Source of the DNA: Capsulimonadaceae bacterium | Lineage (GTDB): Bacteria; Armatimonadota; Armatimonadia; Armatimonadales; Capsulimonadaceae | DNA length: 64,000 nucleotides | NCBI GenBank assembly: GCA_965215505.1 | Contig: OZ244065.1 | Span: forward strand, 1,440,001 to 1,504,000 | Direction of reading: 5' to 3' | Shown here: positions 60,171-64,000 of the stretch, piece after piece | Layout: each line of letters starts with the position of its first letter | How positions within the stretch are numbered: the first letter of the stretch is position 1 | The notes under the pieces: generated by a model | What the model saw: the letters and a program-made list of their open reading frames with translations, nothing else | Told to the model about the DNA's origin: nothing | Database searches by the model: none | Program-made: the position numbers and the translations under genes

Positions 60171-60518
60171 ATGCTGACCGCCCAGGAAGTCTACGCCGCC
60201 GCCCGCACCCTGCCGCTCCCGGAACGTCTGCGCCTCGCGGCATTAATTCCCGATGAGGTGACCCAGCCCACGCGATTGATTTCAGACCCTCAAGACCTGC
60301 CTGGCTATAGTGATGTTTGGACCGAAGAGGATAGGGAAGAGTTTGCGGCGCATTGCGCGCGCCGATCCCATCCCGGTTCATCCGACGATGACGATCTCCT
60401 CTCCCCGGCAGAAGAACTGGAACGTCTCAGACAGACCATGCCGTCGGGTGCAGTTGCTCCGTCGGGTGCAGTTGCTCCGTCGGGTGCAGTTGCTCCGTCG
60501 GGTGCAGTTGCTCCATGA
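60171..60518 (+). CDS. Antitoxin-like small protein, possibly degenerate, with a repeat-derived tail
   Basis: GGTACAAT -10 and AGGAG RBS; LP..ERLRLAALI and YSD.W.EED patterns; ends in PSGAVA x4. Confidence 0.55.
   Translation: MLTAQEVYAAARTLPLPERLRLAALIPDEVTQPTRLISDPQDLPGYSDVWTEEDREEFAAHCARRSHPGSSDDDDLLSPAEELERLRQTMPSGAVAPSGAVAPSGAVAPSGAVAP
60441..60514 (+). repeat. 18-bp perfect tandem repeat x4
   Basis: CCGTCGGGTGCAGTTGCT repeated without spacers. Confidence 0.95.
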
Positions 60519-60805
60519 ATGGCACGGCTAGGGTTTTATTGGGGTATTCAGCCTTCGGTTAGAAAGCACCGCTTCTGCACTGGTCAGCACTGGCTACCCG
60601 GAGGGCAGACCCGCAGGGCGCGGGGCTGGGAGTGCTTTCCGAGTGCCGCGAAGCGGTACTTCTTGGCGTCCTCGCCGTCCAGCCGTGCGTTTCAACGCAT
60701 GGTCTGTCCGGCCATGGCTGGGTCTGACATGCAATCACGCTGGCGAGTAGTAGGGGGACAAGATTCGCATGGCGATTAGGCAGTCAGGTTTGGTATAATA
60801 CCCCC

Positions 60806-61744
60806 ATGGCAGGACACACGCATGGGGCGACGAGCGGGCGCGGGCTTTGGCTTTCACTGGGCCTGACGGTGGCTTTCGTCGGACTGGAAGCTTTCTTCGG
60901 GCTGCGCGCCCACTCGCTGGCACTCCTTTCGGACGCCGGACACAACGCGAGCGACGCGCTGGCGCTGGGCCTGGCGGCCTATGCGATCTGGGTGGCGCGG
61001 CGGCCGGCCACGCCCGGCAAGACGTTCGGCTACCACCGAGTCGCCATCCTGACCGCGCTGGCGAACGCCTCCGCCCTGGTCGTGATCGCGCTGGGCATCC
61101 TGCTGGGGGCTGCCGAAGCCTTCCGGCACCCGCAGCCCGTGTCCGGGAACCTGATGATGGCCGTCGCCGCCGGGGCCGTGTTCATGAACACCGTCATTGC
61201 CTGGAGCCTGCGCGGGGACAGCCACCACAGCCTGAACGCCCGCGCCGCCTATGTCCACATGGCCGGCGACGCGCTCTCCTCCCTGGGCGTCGTGCTGGCC
61301 GGCCTGGTCGTCCGCCTGACTGGGTGGACACTGGCCGACCCGCTCGTCTCCATCCTCATCGCCGGGTTCATCCTGTATTCGTCCTGGGGGATCATCGGCG
61401 ACGCCGCCAACATCCTGATGGAAGGCACGCCGAAGGGCGTAGACATCGCGGAACTCGTCGCCGCCGTCCGCGCCACGCCCCCCGTCTGCGACGTCCACGA
61501 TCTGCACGTCTGGACCGTCAGCGACGGCCTCCACTTCCTCTCCTGTCACGTTGTCCTGCCCGACGACTGCACCATTCTGGAAGGCCAGGCCGTTGTTTCC
61601 AGCCTGAACGCGCGCCTGCACGACGGCTTCGGCATCGGCCACGCCACCATCCAGACCGAAACCGCTGCCGGCGACGCCTGCCGCCACGACACCGACGCCC
61701 TCTACTGCGCCCTCCATCCGCACGAGGCCGGCTGCGGGCATTGA
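60806..61744 (+). CDS. Cation diffusion facilitator (CzcD/ZitB-like)
   Basis: SLALLSDAGH, TFGY.R, N.RAAY.H..GD, HDLHVW, H.TIQ.E. Confidence 0.93.
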   Translation: MAGHTHGATSGRGLWLSLGLTVAFVGLEAFFGLRAHSLALLSDAGHNASDALALGLAAYAIWVARRPATPGKTFGYHRVAILTALANASALVVIALGILLGAAEAFRHPQPVSGNLMMAVAAGAVFMNTVIAWSLRGDSHHSLNARAAYVHMAGDALSSLGVVLAGLVVRLTGWTLADPLVSILIAGFILYSSWGIIGDAANILMEGTPKGVDIAELVAAVRATPPVCDVHDLHVWTVSDGLHFLSCHVVLPDDCTILEGQAVVSSLNARLHDGFGIGHATIQTETAAGDACRHDTDALYCALHPHEAGCGH

Positions 61745-61776
61745 TGGGACGGTGCAAAATATTTATTCGCACCCTA

Positions 61777-61805
61777 TTGTATTTTTGCTCACATCGTCGT
61801 ATAAT
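61777..61805 (+). promoter_or_regulatory. sigma70 promoter
   Basis: TTGTAT-N17-TATAAT about 200 nt upstream of ATG 62009. Confidence 0.65.
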
Positions 61806-62008
61806 GGGATTAGCAGGCTAGAGGCGAAGCGGTAAATCCTCTCAGTGGCAGTCACGCAATCGGCCGGTGACCATTTTCCAGAGGCGTCTGCCAGCAAAAC
61901 ATACCGCGACAGTTGATTCTCTGCCTAGGAACGGACGACACTCCGTTCCACTTGTGCGGGAGACGTTTCCACTTGTGATGCAACTACGATCCACAGGAGA
62001 CGTCTGTC

Positions 62009-62437
62009 ATGAGTTCACTGTTCAAGCGCGCTTCACTCCCTCTGCTGGCGGCCACCGCCGCCTGCGCTCTCACCGCCTTTTCCTGCGTCCCCGCACGGGC
62101 CGCCACCGCCACATGGGACCCGTTCAATCACCCAGTGTCAGCACCATCTACTGTCCAGATGGCCGTGGACTGCAACATCACCGGCCCATACACCATGTTC
62201 AACACGGCGACTTTCTATGCGCAACTGCTTGGGGGCAGTAATTATGCCCTTAATGAGCAACTCAACGTCGACATCCAGGGCGGGATGGGCAACGACTACG
62301 TCGTCCCGCAGGACTACCTGATTGGCTACAGCGCCATCAATCACGGTACTTACAACTTCTGGTGCATTTGCAGCGGCGGGAACTCGGGCGGGGCGTGGTA
62401 TGCCTCCACGGGCGGCACCACTTACGCCTCTCTCTAG
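62009..62437 (+). CDS. Small secreted beta-rich protein
   Basis: AGGAG RBS; signal peptide; Gly/Asn/Tyr-rich mature part with three Cys. Confidence 0.7.
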   Translation: MSSLFKRASLPLLAATAACALTAFSCVPARAATATWDPFNHPVSAPSTVQMAVDCNITGPYTMFNTATFYAQLLGGSNYALNEQLNVDIQGGMGNDYVVPQDYLIGYSAINHGTYNFWCICSGGNSGGAWYASTGGTTYASL

Positions 62438-62564
62438 CGCCAACCCCCCTCGCGAGCGCCCTGCTCATGAAGCAGGGCGCTCCCGCCGCCGCACGGGCCT
62501 CACCCATGCGGCGGCGGTTCTTCTTTCCCAGTCGTGTGTTATCCTTCCTCCCAGGAGGCCCGCC

Positions 62565-64000
62565 ATGAACAGACCGTCAGCCCACATCCCTCGATGGCTC
62601 CGCCCACAGACGGCACTTTTCCTGCTCCTACTTGTCGCTTGTCCCGGCCCCGCCCTTGCCCAGAAGACTGCGGCTCCCCCCGCCATGGTGACGCCCCCGG
62701 CAGCGCCCGCACCACCAGCCCCGGCCACCCTGCCGCCCCCCGCCCTCACGCAGAAGGAGATGCTGGCCCAGGACGCCCGCCTGGACCGGCCCATATCCTT
62801 AGATGTCATCAGCGTCCCGCTCAATGAAGTACTCCAGAAGGAGAGCCTGGACAAGAGTACGGACAAGATGGAGGACGGGCACCGGTTCCTGCTCACCGCC
62901 GCCACCGACTGCGCCGACCTCAAGCTCCAGGTCCGGCTCAACAACCGGCCTCTGCGGACCCTGATGACGGCCCTGGCCGAGATGGTGCCGGGCGTCTGGA
63001 CCCGCACCCCGCACGGCTACCAGCTTGCGATGGCTAAGCAGGCCGCCGACGCCCGCGCCGAGTGGTGGCGTCTGTTCTTGGGGGAGCGCGAGAAGTCGCT
63101 GGCCTTGCAGCGGCAGGCGGTGCTGGCCGCTATGGAGACCAAGGCCCACCGGCGTCAGGCGGGCGACCCGGACCCGGAGCAGTCGGACCGGGCGGTGGAA
63201 GAGGACATGGCGAACCAGCACGACTTCTTCTACTCCTTGCCCGAGTCGCTGAAGCAGCAGATCGCCGCCAACATGGACGAGGGCGGCTTCTACGACATGA
63301 AAGACATGGCATACAGCAACATCGGCGAGCAGAGTGGGACGTTCGGCTGGCTGTCGCAGATGTCGCCGCAGACGCAGGAGCGCTTCAAGCAGGCGATGCA
63401 GGCCGGCGTGGACCGTCTTGCCCAGGCCCCGCCTGACCTCCAGAAGTACGCGGTGCAGGCGCGCAAGGACGTGGCGGCCTTCGACCCGAACCGCGTCTAC
63501 TTCTGGTTCGTCAACGGGGGGATGGGGGTCATCGCCACGCCCATCAACAGCCCGCCGGGGGCCAACCAAGTACTCGGCCTGCAAGCCCCCCGGATCATCG
63601 CCACATCGGTCCTGTCGCTGGACCAGACGCAACTGGTGGATGAGGTGTACGGGAGCGGCGACACCTCGCCGGGGTGGAAGCACGAGGCCAACAAGATACT
63701 AGACATGGGAGACGCGGCGACCCCGGAGCTGATGCTGATGGTCTATCACGTCTACGGGATGGGCCGCGCCGCCGGAGTGGAAGCAGCTTGCGGACTACCA
63801 GCGCTCCCGCGTCTGGCCCAACACCCTGCCCAAACTGATTCCCGAGGACCGGCACGTCTGGCGGCCCAAAATCAGCCGGGCGGCGCAGATTGACTGGCTG
63901 GGCGAGCAGGGGCACATGGAGTACGTCTGCGACTACTACTCGCACGGCGGCTACGAGATGCCCGCCGAGCAGAAGAAGCTGCCGGTGAAGCGCCCCCTAG
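62565..64000 (+). CDS. Large secreted hypothetical protein; apparent frameshift near 63770, continues off the window
   Basis: AGGAGG RBS, signal peptide, Pro-rich linker, DARLDRPISL segment; coding bias moves to the +1 frame after about 63770. Confidence 0.7.

Noticed and set aside
60441-60514. Possible CRISPR array
   Set aside because: 18-bp units are contiguous with no unique spacers; simple tandem repeat.
61810-62000. c-di-GMP (GEMM) riboswitch or tRNA
   Set aside because: No GEMM core and no cloverleaf/TTCGA arm; kept only as an unknown structured leader.

Overview
High-GC bacterial chromosomal window. The DUF1559/H-X9-DG pilin, futalosine-pathway genes and small-gene families suggest Armatimonadota; this is an inference. 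The backbone is housekeeping: der, tgt, an ABC-F ATPase, uvsE, gatC-gatA...gatB, tilS, mutS2, polA, sbp-cysT-cysW-cysA, oligoendopeptidase F, mqnP/mqnA and a CDF exporter. Small toxin-antitoxin, nuclease and HEPN genes, plus at least two families of short palindromic repeats, repeatedly sit inside or next to these operons. I found no rRNA, tRNA, transposase, integrase or CRISPR array. Best leads: (1) a stand-alone Cas3'-like helicase with altered motifs, no HD domain and no cas genes or array, coupled to an unknown gene and with a palindrome over its -10 box; (2) an orphan DarT-like (DUF4433) ADP-ribosyltransferase with no DarG/NADAR in the window, coupled to a GGDEF-HD-GYP c-di-GMP enzyme; (3) a GTAG-type REP doublet inserted in frame in polA; (4) an AT-rich DUF262+HEPN candidate defence pair behind polA and a MazF-type module; (5) a second HEPN module in a six-gene block separating gatA from gatB. 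All family calls come from reading motifs by eye, not from database searches.
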